NCBI GenBank assembly: GCA_021780435.1
Contig: JAJXYV010000001.1
Span: forward strand, 1,862-65,861
Direction: 5' to 3'
DNA length: 64,000 nt
Origin: Pseudomonadota bacterium
GTDB taxonomy: Bacteria > Pseudomonadota > Alphaproteobacteria > Rhizobiales > Beijerinckiaceae
Shown here: positions 29,126 through 38,738 of the stretch, one piece after another
Position numbering within the stretch: position 1 is the first letter of the stretch
Layout of the letters: each line of letters opens with the position of its first letter
Notes under the pieces: generated by a model
Told to the model about the DNA's origin: nothing
What the model saw: only the letters and a program-made list of their open reading frames with translations
The model's database searches: none
Position numbers and translations under genes: made by a program

Positions 29126-29354
29126 CCATCCTGCGATAAAATCCCAAGACCTCGCCAGAGCGTCGACGGTTTCCCTGATTTTTTTGCAAGCGATCGGCCG
29201 TCTGCGCGTCGCTGATGGGCGCTGACGGCGAGTCGTCGGCGAGAAGGCGCGGCGGCGCCGCGCTGGGCGGAAACCGTCTTGCCGCGACGTTGCAAAGAGC
29301 GCGATTTCAGTCCATCAACGGCGCAGTCCCGCCCACGTCGCAACGGCCCGAAAC

Positions 29355-30902
29355 ATGAAGCGCGCTCTCCCCGTCACCCGCGAAGACAATTTTCCCGAAT
29401 GGTACCAGGCCGTCGTCGATCAGGCCGATCTCGCGGAAACCTCCCCGGTTCGCGGCTGCATGATCGTCAAGCCGTGGGGCTGGGGGATCTGGGAGCTGGT
29501 CCAGGCCGCGCTCGACCGCCGCATCAAGGAAACCGGCCACGAGAACTGCTATTTCCCGCTCTTCATCCCGATGAGCTTCATCGCCCAGGAGGCAAGCCAT
29601 GTCGAAGGCTTCGCCAAGGAGATGGCGGTCGTCACCCATCACCGCCTCAAGGCGCAGGACGGCAAGCTGGTCGTTGATCCGGCCTCGCAGCTCGAGGAGC
29701 CGCTCGTCGTGCGCCCGACCTCGGAGACGATTATCGGCGACGCTTTCCGGCGCTGGGTCAGCTCCTATCGCGATCTGCCGATCCTGATCAATCAATGGGC
29801 CAATGTCGTGCGCTGGGAGATGCGCACGCGCATGTTCCTGCGCACCGCGGAATTCCTTTGGCAGGAGGGCCATACGGCGCACGCCACGAAAGACGATGCG
29901 CTGGCCGAGACCCTCAAGATGCTCGAAGTCTATCGCGAACTGGCGGAAGACGTGCTCGCCATGCCGGTCGTCGTCGGCGAGAAGCCGGAGAACGAGCGTT
30001 TTCCCGGCGCCGATTCGACCTTCTCCATCGAGGCCATGATGCAGGACGGCAAGGCGCTGCAGGCCGGCACCTCGCATTATCTCGGGACCAATTTCGCGAA
30101 GGCGCAGAACATCCGCTACCAATCGGCGACCGGCGAACTCGAATATTGCCACACCACCTCCTGGGGCGTGTCCACGCGTCTAATCGGCGGGGTCATCATG
30201 ACCCATGGCGACGATGACGGTCTGCGCCTGCCGCCGCGCATCGCGCCGAAACAGGTGGTCATCGTGCCCATGCTGCGCGAAAAGCCGGAGGACGCCGATC
30301 TTCTGGCCTATTGCGAAAAGTTGAAAACCGAACTCGACGGCGTCGCCGCTTTCGGCCAGCCCTTGCGCGCCCATCTCGACAAGAAGCCGATCCGCTCCGC
30401 CAACAAGCGCTGGGACTGGCTTCGTCGCGGCGCGCCGATCCTGCTCGAAGTCGGCCCGCGCGACATGGCGTCCGACCATGTGACCATGATTCGCCGCGAT
30501 CGGCTGCGCGACGGCGACAAGGTCGTCTCGCACGGTCTTCCCCGCGCCGATTTTCTCGCCCAGGCCCCTGGGTTGCTCGCCGAAATTCAGGCCAATCTCT
30601 TCGCCGAGGCCAAGGCGCGGCTCGACGGCAATATCCGTGACGATCTCAAGGATTTCGACTCCATCGCCGCTTATTTCGGCGCGGCCTCGGAGGACGACGA
30701 CGCGAAATCAGGTTTCAAGGGCTGGGTGCGCGCGCCTTGGGCGCGTCCGACGGGCGCCGAGCTTGAAGCGGTCGAGGCGCGGCTCAAGGCGTTGAAGCTG
30801 ACCTTGCGCAATGTTCCCGTCGGCCAGACCGCGACCGAGGACGCCTGCGTCTTCACCGGCCGCCCCGCGGTCGAGGAAATCATCATCGCCCGCGCCTATT
30901 GA
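29355..30902 (+). CDS. proS: Proline--tRNA ligase, archaeal/eukaryote-like type
   Basis: PWGWGIWE, HENCYFPLFIP, RPTSET, FLRTAEFLWQEGHT, LQAGTSH, SWGVSTR, C-terminal ARAY; no INS editing insertion. Confidence 0.95.
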   Translation: MKRALPVTREDNFPEWYQAVVDQADLAETSPVRGCMIVKPWGWGIWELVQAALDRRIKETGHENCYFPLFIPMSFIAQEASHVEGFAKEMAVVTHHRLKAQDGKLVVDPASQLEEPLVVRPTSETIIGDAFRRWVSSYRDLPILINQWANVVRWEMRTRMFLRTAEFLWQEGHTAHATKDDALAETLKMLEVYRELAEDVLAMPVVVGEKPENERFPGADSTFSIEAMMQDGKALQAGTSHYLGTNFAKAQNIRYQSATGELEYCHTTSWGVSTRLIGGVIMTHGDDDGLRLPPRIAPKQVVIVPMLREKPEDADLLAYCEKLKTELDGVAAFGQPLRAHLDKKPIRSANKRWDWLRRGAPILLEVGPRDMASDHVTMIRRDRLRDGDKVVSHGLPRADFLAQAPGLLAEIQANLFAEAKARLDGNIRDDLKDFDSIAAYFGAASEDDDAKSGFKGWVRAPWARPTGAELEAVEARLKALKLTLRNVPVGQTATEDACVFTGRPAVEEIIIARAY

Positions 30903-30933
30903 GGCGCGGGCGGCGTTCTTCTCTGTTCGAGCC

Positions 30934-31305
30934 TTACATCATGCGGCCTTGCGGGTGATGCACGGCCCAAAGCTCGGTCGCCGCTGATATGACAATCAGC
31001 AGGCCGAGAACGTAATGGGCCGCCACTGCGTGCATGACATGCATGAAGCCGAAAACGTAAGGCGACGCGAAAACGGCGATCCCGATCAGGAGATTGACCC
31101 ATTCTTCCCATTCCGCGAACCGGATGATCGCGGCGAAGGAAAGGATGGCGACGATCAATCCGCCGATCACGGCGACGCGCATAGCCATGAGCTGATCGGA
31201 ATAGCCCAAAGCCCAGGGCGATATGAACAGGAGCGCGCCAAGTACAAAATTGGCGTAATCCTGGAAACGTGTGCCTGTCCGGTGGAAGTCAGCGAGGCCA
31301 GCCAT
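30934..31305 (-). CDS. SPW-repeat membrane protein
   Basis: GALLFISPWALGY, WEEWVNLLIG.AVFASPYVFGF; start moved to ATG 31305 with an AAGGAGG RBS. Confidence 0.8.
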   Translation of the reverse strand: MAGLADFHRTGTRFQDYANFVLGALLFISPWALGYSDQLMAMRVAVIGGLIVAILSFAAIIRFAEWEEWVNLLIGIAVFASPYVFGFMHVMHAVAAHYVLGLLIVISAATELWAVHHPQGRMM

Positions 31306-31562
31306 AGCAGCCTCCTTATCTGTGCGACCGACGCCATGTCGGCGCTTCAAGTCGTATCTGATGTAGATTGTCTTTATGTCTTTTCAAGTAGATCGGGCGG
31401 CAGGATGGCATGAGCCCGTTATTTGGCCGTCGGCATTCCGGAACAGACCGGCGCCCGTAAGGTGTTCGTCGCCGGTCGGCGTGGCCCTGCGCACCGGAAT
31501 GAATTGCGCTGGATCATTCTCATCGATATGGACTTTACAGATCGAAATGATGCGCTTAAGGC

Positions 31563-31591
31563 CTGTCATAAAAAAGTCATCTAATTGTCAT
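31563..31591 (+). promoter_or_regulatory. Pho box (PhoB site), three 11-bp-period repeats
   Basis: CTGTCAT-aaaa-AAGTCAT-ctaa-TTGTCAT, ending 20 nt upstream of the DUF47 ATG. Confidence 0.8.
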
Positions 31592-31610
31592 CTTCGAAAA
31601 GGGGGCGTTC

Positions 31611-32255
31611 ATGCTCGGCTGGCTTCAGGCCCTGATGCCGAAAGAGGACAGGTTCTTCGACCTGTTCGAGCGCCATGCCCAGATCTCGCTCGAATGCGCG
31701 AAGATTTTGCGCACGCTGCTCGACGGCGGCGAGCGGGTTCCGCAACTCTCCGAAGCGGTGATCCGCCATGAGCATCAGGCCGACGAGGTTTCGGCGGAAG
31801 TCCTGTTCGCCCTGCGGCGCAGTTTCATTACGCCCTTCGATCGCAGCGACATTCACGGCCTGATCAATGACATGGACGACGCCATCGACCAGATGCGTCA
31901 GGCCGTGAAGACCATTTCCCTGTTCGATGTCGCTGAATTCGCCCCCGACATGAAGCGCATTGGCGACCTGATCGTCGCCACGGCGCAGATTTCGCGCGAG
32001 ACGCTTCCCCTGTTGCGCGCGATGAACGCCAACGCCGGGAAGATCAACGAGGCCACGGCGAAGATCATTGAGATCGAGGAGGAATCCGACCATCTCTACA
32101 TGCGCGGGCTCAAGGAGCTTTACCGCGCCCACAAGGACAGCCAGCCGATGGCCTATATCGTCGGCTCGGAAATCTTCTCGCATCTGGAGAAGGTCGTGGA
32201 CTGCTTCGAGAATGTCGCGCATCGGATGAGCGGCATCCTGCTCGAACATTTGTGA
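31611..32255 (+). CDS. DUF47 / Pit-accessory protein (PhoU-like fold)
   Basis: MPKEDRFFDLF, EHQADEV, SFITPFDRSDI..L...MDD, LEKVVDCFE. Confidence 0.88.
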   Translation: MLGWLQALMPKEDRFFDLFERHAQISLECAKILRTLLDGGERVPQLSEAVIRHEHQADEVSAEVLFALRRSFITPFDRSDIHGLINDMDDAIDQMRQAVKTISLFDVAEFAPDMKRIGDLIVATAQISRETLPLLRAMNANAGKINEATAKIIEIEEESDHLYMRGLKELYRAHKDSQPMAYIVGSEIFSHLEKVVDCFENVAHRMSGILLEHL

Positions 32256-32264
32256 GTCGCGGCG

Positions 32265-33266
32265 ATGGCTGGCGTCTCCCCGATCCTTGTGACGCTGATC
32301 GTTGTCGCGCTGCTTTTCGACTTCCTGAACGGGCTGCATGATGCGGCCAATTCCATCGCGACCATCGTGTCGACCCGCGTGCTGAGGCCGCAATACGCCG
32401 TCTTCTGGGCCGCCTTCTTCAACTTCGTCGCCTTTGCCGTTTTCGGCCTGCATGTGGCCAATACGGTGGGCAGCGGCATCGTCGACGCCCATATCGTGGA
32501 CGACAGGCTCGTCTTCGCGGCGTTGGCCGGCGCAATTGTCTGGAATGTCGTGACCTGGCTGCTCGGCATCCCCTCGTCCAGCTCGCATGCGCTCATCGGC
32601 GGCCTTGTCGGCGCCGGTTTCGGCAAGGCGGGAACCTCGGCGATCGTCTGGGCCGGCATTATCAAGACCAGCGCCGCCATCGTTCTTTCGCCGCTGCTCG
32701 GCTTTTTCCTGGCGCTGCTCCTTGTGCTCGCCGTGTCCTGGATCTGTTTGCGCGCCGCGCCGATCACTGTGGATTCGACGTTCCGCGTGCTGCAATTCGT
32801 CTCGGCCTCGCTCTATTCTCTTGGCCATGGCGGAAATGACGCGCAAAAGACAATGGGCGTCATCGCCGTTCTTCTGTTCTCGCACGGCTTGAGCGGCGAC
32901 ACGTTCCACGTTCCGCTCTGGGTGGTGCTCTCCTGCCAGGCGGCCATGGCGCTCGGCACTTTGTTCGGCGGCTGGCGGATCGTGCACACGATGGGTTCGA
33001 AGATCACGCGACTGACGCCGATGCAAGGGTTCTGCGCCGAGACAGGCGGCGCCATCACCTTGTTCCTCGCTACCGCTTTGGGCGTTCCGGTTTCGACGAC
33101 GCACACGATCACCGGCGCCATTGTCGGCGTCGGCGCCGCCCGCCGCGTTTCGGCCGTGCGCTGGAACGTGGCGCAGGGCATTGTCGTCGCCTGGGTGATC
33201 ACCATGCCGGCGGCGGCTCTGATCTCGGCTCTGGCTTATTTCGGCGTGGGGGCGTTCACGCCATGA
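32265..33266 (+). CDS. pit: Inorganic phosphate transporter, PiT family
   Basis: FLNGLHDAANSIAT, GIPSSSSHA, HGGNDAQK, PVSTTH. Confidence 0.93.
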   Translation: MAGVSPILVTLIVVALLFDFLNGLHDAANSIATIVSTRVLRPQYAVFWAAFFNFVAFAVFGLHVANTVGSGIVDAHIVDDRLVFAALAGAIVWNVVTWLLGIPSSSSHALIGGLVGAGFGKAGTSAIVWAGIIKTSAAIVLSPLLGFFLALLLVLAVSWICLRAAPITVDSTFRVLQFVSASLYSLGHGGNDAQKTMGVIAVLLFSHGLSGDTFHVPLWVVLSCQAAMALGTLFGGWRIVHTMGSKITRLTPMQGFCAETGGAITLFLATALGVPVSTTHTITGAIVGVGAARRVSAVRWNVAQGIVVAWVITMPAAALISALAYFGVGAFTP

Positions 33267-33742
33267 TCGCCAAGCCCCGCAAGAAGGCGAAAAAGGTCGA
33301 AAAGGTTCCGCTCATCGAGTCGGAGGCCCCGGAGCGCCTGCAGTACGGCGCCCTGCCTTGGCGCGAATCCAAAGGCGGGCTTGAGATCATGCTGGTTTCC
33401 TCGCGCGAGACGCGGCGCTGGATCATTCCCAAGGGCTGGCCAATGAGCGGACGCAGCGGTTCTGCGGCGGCGACGATCGAGGCTATGGAGGAGGCGGGCC
33501 TGCTCGGCGTGATTTCCGAAAAGCCGATCGGCGCCTTCCACTATGTGAAGCGCTTTTCGCGCGGCGAGGAATTGTGCCGGGTGGAGGTCTTCGCCCTGCG
33601 AGTCGTCCGCCAGCGCGAAAGCTGGCCGGAGAAACACGAGCGCGACACGCGATGGTTCCCTGCTGCCGAGGCGGCAGTGCTGGTGTCGGACGCCGAACTC
33701 GGCGACCTGATCGTCGAATTCGCCGGCTCCTTCAGGAATTGA
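33263..33742 (+). CDS. Nudix hydrolase, DIPP/Ddp1-like
   Basis: QYGALPWR, LVSSRETRRWIIPKGWP and Nudix box AATIEAMEEAGLLG; ATGA overlap with pit. Confidence 0.85.
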   Translation: MIAKPRKKAKKVEKVPLIESEAPERLQYGALPWRESKGGLEIMLVSSRETRRWIIPKGWPMSGRSGSAAATIEAMEEAGLLGVISEKPIGAFHYVKRFSRGEELCRVEVFALRVVRQRESWPEKHERDTRWFPAAEAAVLVSDAELGDLIVEFAGSFRN

Positions 33743-35789
33743 GCGGCGCCAAGCCCGCTCGCATGGCGCGCGCCAAGGCCATCAGCGGGAAGTAATGGCT
33801 GTAGAGGCCATAACGCAGCATGAAGGCGCGCGAGAGTTCCGGCCCCTGTTGCAGGCGCTCGGACAGAAGCGGGTCGTTGAGCTTGATTGTCTGGCCGACG
33901 CCATAGCCGGGGAAGCCGGTCCCTGTAAATTCCGGCTCCGGCCAGGTCCCTTCGCTCTGTCGTTCGACGAGGAACTGGCAGCCGCGGGCAATGGCTTCAT
34001 GATCCTGCGGACGGTTGGCGGCGAGCAGGCCCATGAGCGCCCAGCCGGTCTGCGAGGCGGTGGCGGTCCCGCGCCCGGCCATCTCCGCCTGCATGTAGGA
34101 GGCGCAGCTCTCCCCCCAGCCGCCGGTCTCCTGCTGGCGCGATTTCAGCCAGTCGCAGGCGCGGGCGACCGAGGGCTGGGCCATGTCCTCGCCAATGGCG
34201 GCGAGCGCCGGCAGGACGGCGCCAGTCCCGTAAATGTAATTGACGCCCCAGCGACCGAACCAGGCGCCGTCCGGCTCCTGCTGGTCACGGAGGAAGGCGA
34301 GCGCCCGGATCATGGCGGGATGCTGGCGCGACAGTCCGAGCTTGCCGAAGGCCTCGATGACATGGGCGGTCACGTCCACCGAGGGCGGATCGAGCGCCTC
34401 GCCGAAATCGCAGAAGGGAATCTTGGTGAGGAGCTGGTTGGTGTTGTCCTTGTCGAAGGCGCCCCAGCCGCCGCTCGCGCTCTGCATGGCGACCAGCCAG
34501 TCCACCCCGCGCCGGATCGCCTCCTCGATTCCGCGCGCCCGCCATTTCGGATCCTTGCGGAACGGCGCGAGCGCGATCAGCGCGACGGCGGTGTCGTCGA
34601 CGTCGGGGTAGGCATTATTGGCGTATTCAAACGCCCAGCCGCCCGGCTCGACCTGGGGCAGCTTGACCGACCAGTCGCCGCGAACCAGGACCTGGCGCTT
34701 GAGGACCCAATCGACCGCCTTTTCGACCGCCTCTGATTGCGCCTCGGGAGCGCCTGCGTCGTCGAAGGCGAGCAGGGTCAGGATCGTATCCCAGACCGGC
34801 GAATTGGTCGCCTGGATGAAGGTGGTTTCGCCGATATCGACCCGCCAGCCAGGATCGTTGAGGCAGTCAAGCCCCTTGGCCATGACCGGATGGTCGAGCG
34901 CATAGCCTTCGACATGGAGGGCCATCAGGCTGTAAATCCACGGGGGCTGGATGCCGCCCCAGCCGCCGTCGGCGTCCTGATGGCGGATGATCCATTCCAG
35001 GCTATGCCGCACTGCGGCGTTGCGCCAGAGGTTCAGGCCGTGGCGATGACCGAACGCCTGCAACGCGTGCAGAACCTTGTCCGTCTTGCGGAAGAAGATG
35101 TCCCAGCCGCCGGCGTTTTTCTTTTCGGGCAGATCGTAATCGAAAACGGCGCGGCCATGCGGGAAAAGCGCGTCGAGCCGGCGCTCCGGCGGCAGCGGAC
35201 GGCATGGGCGGCGCGCCGACAGGATCGCGATCGGCATGAGCGTCGCCCGCGCCCATTGCGCGAAATGATAGATGTTGAAAGGGAACCACAACGGCAGCCA
35301 GATCACTTCCGGCGGCAGGTTGGGCGTCTTTTCCCAAGGCCACTCGCCGATCAGGGCCAGCCAGTAGCGCGTGAAGACCCTTACGTTCCTCAGGCCGCCC
35401 TTGGACTCGATCCAATGTTGCGCCTTGACCAGCGCGGGGTGGTCGGAGGCATAGCCCGAGCAGCGCAGGGCGGCATAGGCCTCGACCGTCGTATTGATGT
35501 CGCCGTTCGGCGCGCCGTAATAGATCTCCCAGGCGCCGTCCTCGCGCTGTGTGTCGATGAGCGATTGGGCGAGCCGCGCGCAGAGCGGATGGTCGTCGAG
35601 GCCGAGAAACCACAAGCAGAGGCGCCATTGCGCCTCCATGCAGCCGTTCGATTCGGCGCGGGCGACCCAGTGGCCGTCGGGCTTCTGGCGGGCGAGCAGC
35701 CAGTTGGTGGCCGCCGTGACCGATGAGCGCAGCGCGGCGGTGAAATTGCTGGGGCTGACCGGAGGGCGCTCATCCATGTCAATTGTCAT
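33732..35789 (-). CDS. shc: Squalene--hopene cyclase
   Basis: DxDD motif YPDVDDTA, QW repeats (QKPDGHW, QDADGGWGG, QEPDGAWFGRWGVNYIYGT); start moved to ATG 35789. Confidence 0.93.
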   Translation of the reverse strand: MTIDMDERPPVSPSNFTAALRSSVTAATNWLLARQKPDGHWVARAESNGCMEAQWRLCLWFLGLDDHPLCARLAQSLIDTQREDGAWEIYYGAPNGDINTTVEAYAALRCSGYASDHPALVKAQHWIESKGGLRNVRVFTRYWLALIGEWPWEKTPNLPPEVIWLPLWFPFNIYHFAQWARATLMPIAILSARRPCRPLPPERRLDALFPHGRAVFDYDLPEKKNAGGWDIFFRKTDKVLHALQAFGHRHGLNLWRNAAVRHSLEWIIRHQDADGGWGGIQPPWIYSLMALHVEGYALDHPVMAKGLDCLNDPGWRVDIGETTFIQATNSPVWDTILTLLAFDDAGAPEAQSEAVEKAVDWVLKRQVLVRGDWSVKLPQVEPGGWAFEYANNAYPDVDDTAVALIALAPFRKDPKWRARGIEEAIRRGVDWLVAMQSASGGWGAFDKDNTNQLLTKIPFCDFGEALDPPSVDVTAHVIEAFGKLGLSRQHPAMIRALAFLRDQQEPDGAWFGRWGVNYIYGTGAVLPALAAIGEDMAQPSVARACDWLKSRQQETGGWGESCASYMQAEMAGRGTATASQTGWALMGLLAANRPQDHEAIARGCQFLVERQSEGTWPEPEFTGTGFPGYGVGQTIKLNDPLLSERLQQGPELSRAFMLRYGLYSHYFPLMALARAMRAGLAPLNS

Positions 35790-36345
35790 CGCAAAATGTT
35801 TCCGGCCTGGGACTGGATTTGATTGCGCTTCTTTAAAGCGTCCGCGCGGCGGCGCCAAGTCTTGACGGTTTGTTTGTTTACGATTTGGCTTCGGGAGAAA
35901 TCCGGTTGCAGTGGCAATGTTCTTGCCATTGTGGTCATCAGGGGCGCGCAAGCTTGGTAAGGTGAAATTCCACCTTCCGGGATCTTGCGCCAGAGCGTCG
36001 AGCCGAGAGGGGCGCCGTTCGAACGCGGTCCAGCCTTTCTGGCCGGCCCGGCAGGCTCCCGACGTGCTGAAATTTGCATCATCGGCGCCGCGGGCCTGTA
36101 TGGCGGCCCGCTGAATCTCGTCTTCGGGCGCTTGCGCTGCTGGCGCGCTCGCCTCTGATGGGCCGATGGCTTTATTATTTCACGGCTCTGGTCTCCTCGG
36201 CGCCCCGCGGTGGAATCGACGTCAGGCGCGCATGAGGAACGGTTGGTCGTTTGCGCGTTTGAAAGCACGCCATGGCTCCGGCGAATGGACGCGCCGAGCG
36301 CAAAGATGTAGGAGTGGCGCCAAACTTCGATCCCGGACGAGAAAC

Positions 36346-38184
36346 ATGCCTCCTTTTCGCTCCCGCACCTCTACCCACGGCCGCAACATGGCCGGCGCGC
36401 GCGGCCTGTGGCGCGCCACCGGCATGAAGGACGGCGATTTCGGCAAGCCCATCATCGCCGTGGTCAATTCCTTTACCCAATTCGTGCCTGGCCATGTCCA
36501 TCTGAAGGACCTCGGCCAGATGGTCGCTCGCGAGATCGAGGCGGCGGGCGGCGTCGCCAAGGAATTCAACACGATCGCGATCGACGACGGCATCGCCATG
36601 GGCCATGCCGGAATGCTCTACAGCCTGCCTTCGCGCGAGATCATCGCCGACAGCGTCGAATATATGGCCAACGCCCATTGCGCCGATGCGCTGGTTTGCA
36701 TCTCGAACTGTGACAAGATCACCCCCGGCATGCTGATGGCGGCGCTGCGCCTGAACATCCCCGCGGTCTTCGTCTCCGGCGGCCCGATGGAGGCCGGCAA
36801 GGTCGTGATCGGCGGCAAGACCAAGGCGGTGGACCTGATCGACGCCATGGTCGCGGCGGCGGATTCGCACAACAGCGACGAGGACGTCGCGGCGATGGAG
36901 CGTTCGGCCTGCCCGACCTGCGGTTCCTGCTCGGGGATGTTCACGGCCAATTCCATGAACTGCCTGACCGAGGCCCTCGGCCTGTCGCTGCCGGGCAACG
37001 GCACGATCGTCGCCACCCACGCCGACCGCAAGGAGCTATTCCTCCAGGCGGGCCGGCTCGCCGTCGAGCTGTGCCGCCGCTATTACGAGCAGGACGACGA
37101 ATCGGTTCTGCCGCGCAATGTCGCGACCTTCAAGGCCTTCGAGAACGCGATGACGCTCGATATCGCCATGGGCGGTTCGACCAACACGGTTCTGCACCTT
37201 CTCGCGGCCGCTTATGAAGGCGGCGTCAACTTCCAGATGTCCGACATCGACCGCTTGTCGCGTCGCGTTCCGGTGCTGTGCAAGGTCGCGCCTTCCGTGC
37301 CCGACGTCCATGTCGAGGATGTGCATCGCGCCGGCGGCATCATTGGGATCCTGGGCGAGCTCGACCGCGCCGGCCTGCTCAATCGCGACGTTCATTCCGT
37401 CCACGCGCCGAGCCTCGAGGCGGCGCTCGCGAAATGGGACATCAAGCGCAACGGCTCCGAGGCGTTGAAAACCTTCTTCCGCGCGTCACCGGGCGGCGTG
37501 CCGACCCAGCAAGCCTTCAGCCAGTCGCGCCGCTACGAATCGCTCGATGACGATCGCGCCAAGGGCGTGATCCGCGACGCCGAACACGCTTTCTCGAAGG
37601 ATGGCGGCCTCGCCGTTCTCTTCGGCAATCTCGCCGAGGAAGGCGCCATCGTGAAGACGGCTGGCGTCGATGAGAGCATCCTGAAATTCGCGGGTCCCGC
37701 TCTTGTCTTCGAGAGCCAGGACGCCGCGGTTCAGGCCATCCTATCCGGAAAGGTCAAGGCGGGCGATGTGGTGGTGATCCGCTACGAGGGTCCTCGCGGC
37801 GGCCCCGGCATGCAGGAAATGCTTTATCCGACGTCCTACCTCAAGAGCATGGGCCTCGGCAAAGCGTGCGCGCTCATCACCGACGGGCGATTCTCCGGCG
37901 GCACCGCGGGCCTCTCCATTGGCCATGTTTCTCCGGAAGCCGAGGAGGGCGGATTGATCGGGCTCGTCGAAACCGGCGACCGAATCGAGATCGACATTCC
38001 CAACCGCGTGCTGCGCCTCGCCGTCGCCGACGAGGAGCTGGCGGGCCGCCGCGCCGCCATGGAGGCGAAGGGCAAGGACGCCTGGAAGCCGGTCGAGCGT
38101 GACCGTCCGGTCAGCACGGCCTTGCGCGCTTATGCCGCGATGACCACCAGCGCCGCCAAGGGCGCGGTGCGCGTCGTGCCCTGA
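36346..38184 (+). CDS. ilvD: Dihydroxy-acid dehydratase
   Basis: [73 protein letters not shown]. Confidence 0.96.
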   Translation: MPPFRSRTSTHGRNMAGARGLWRATGMKDGDFGKPIIAVVNSFTQFVPGHVHLKDLGQMVAREIEAAGGVAKEFNTIAIDDGIAMGHAGMLYSLPSREIIADSVEYMANAHCADALVCISNCDKITPGMLMAALRLNIPAVFVSGGPMEAGKVVIGGKTKAVDLIDAMVAAADSHNSDEDVAAMERSACPTCGSCSGMFTANSMNCLTEALGLSLPGNGTIVATHADRKELFLQAGRLAVELCRRYYEQDDESVLPRNVATFKAFENAMTLDIAMGGSTNTVLHLLAAAYEGGVNFQMSDIDRLSRRVPVLCKVAPSVPDVHVEDVHRAGGIIGILGELDRAGLLNRDVHSVHAPSLEAALAKWDIKRNGSEALKTFFRASPGGVPTQQAFSQSRRYESLDDDRAKGVIRDAEHAFSKDGGLAVLFGNLAEEGAIVKTAGVDESILKFAGPALVFESQDAAVQAILSGKVKAGDVVVIRYEGPRGGPGMQEMLYPTSYLKSMGLGKACALITDGRFSGGTAGLSIGHVSPEAEEGGLIGLVETGDRIEIDIPNRVLRLAVADEELAGRRAAMEAKGKDAWKPVERDRPVSTALRAYAAMTTSAAKGAVRVVP

Positions 38185-38219
38185 GCCCGACTTTTCCACA
38201 GAATCGAATAAAAATTGGA

Positions 38220-38260
38220 TCGCAACGTCCTCAATGGGGGCGTTGCGACGTTTTCTTTTG
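38220..38260 (+). terminator. Rho-independent terminator after ilvD
   Basis: tcgcaacgtcctc-aat-gggggcgttgcga (13 bp with G-U pairs) then cgttttctttt. Confidence 0.75.
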
Positions 38261-38432
38261 GCCGGTTAGACATTTATGTTCGACAAAGTGCTAGCTCACC
38301 ATGCCGCTTAGGCTGGGTTAGACATGGCGCAGTGTGCGTTTTTCGGAAAAGTCTATTCTCGCAAAGCGTCGGGAACGCCGTGGGGCGATAACAAACAGCC
38401 GAAAAACGCCGCGGAAATTGGGAGGAGCCGAT

Positions 38433-38738
38433 ATGGCCGCTACTGCACAAGAGATAGAAAACAATCCGAAATTCAAGGAGCTGGTCGCGGCGCGCAAGTC
38501 GCTTGGCTGGACCCTTTCGGTGATCATGCTGGTCATCTACTTCGGCTTCATCCTGCTCGTCGCCTTCAACAAGCCGTTGCTCGGCACGCCGGTCGCGGCC
38601 GGTTCTGTCACCACGGTTGGCATCCTCATCGGCCTCGCCGTCATCGTTTCCGCCTTCGTGCTGACGGGAATCTACGTCTCCAAGGCTAACGCCAGCTATG
38701 ACGTCCTGACCAAGCAAATCGTCGAGGAGAGCAAGTGA
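38433..38738 (+). CDS. DUF485 / YjcH-like membrane protein
   Basis: [34 protein letters not shown]; GGAGG RBS; overlaps actP start. Confidence 0.85.
   Translation: MAATAQEIENNPKFKELVAARKSLGWTLSVIMLVIYFGFILLVAFNKPLLGTPVAAGSVTTVGILIGLAVIVSAFVLTGIYVSKANASYDVLTKQIVEESK

Noticed and set aside
31384-31569. 61-aa minus-strand ORF upstream of the SPW gene
   Set aside because: No RBS, overlaps the Pho box, and no recognisable motif
35790-36345. Extra gene or long N-terminal extension in the shc-ilvD divergent gap
   Set aside because: The shc frame upstream lacks a supported start and ends at a TGA; other ORFs overlap each other without RBS or motifs
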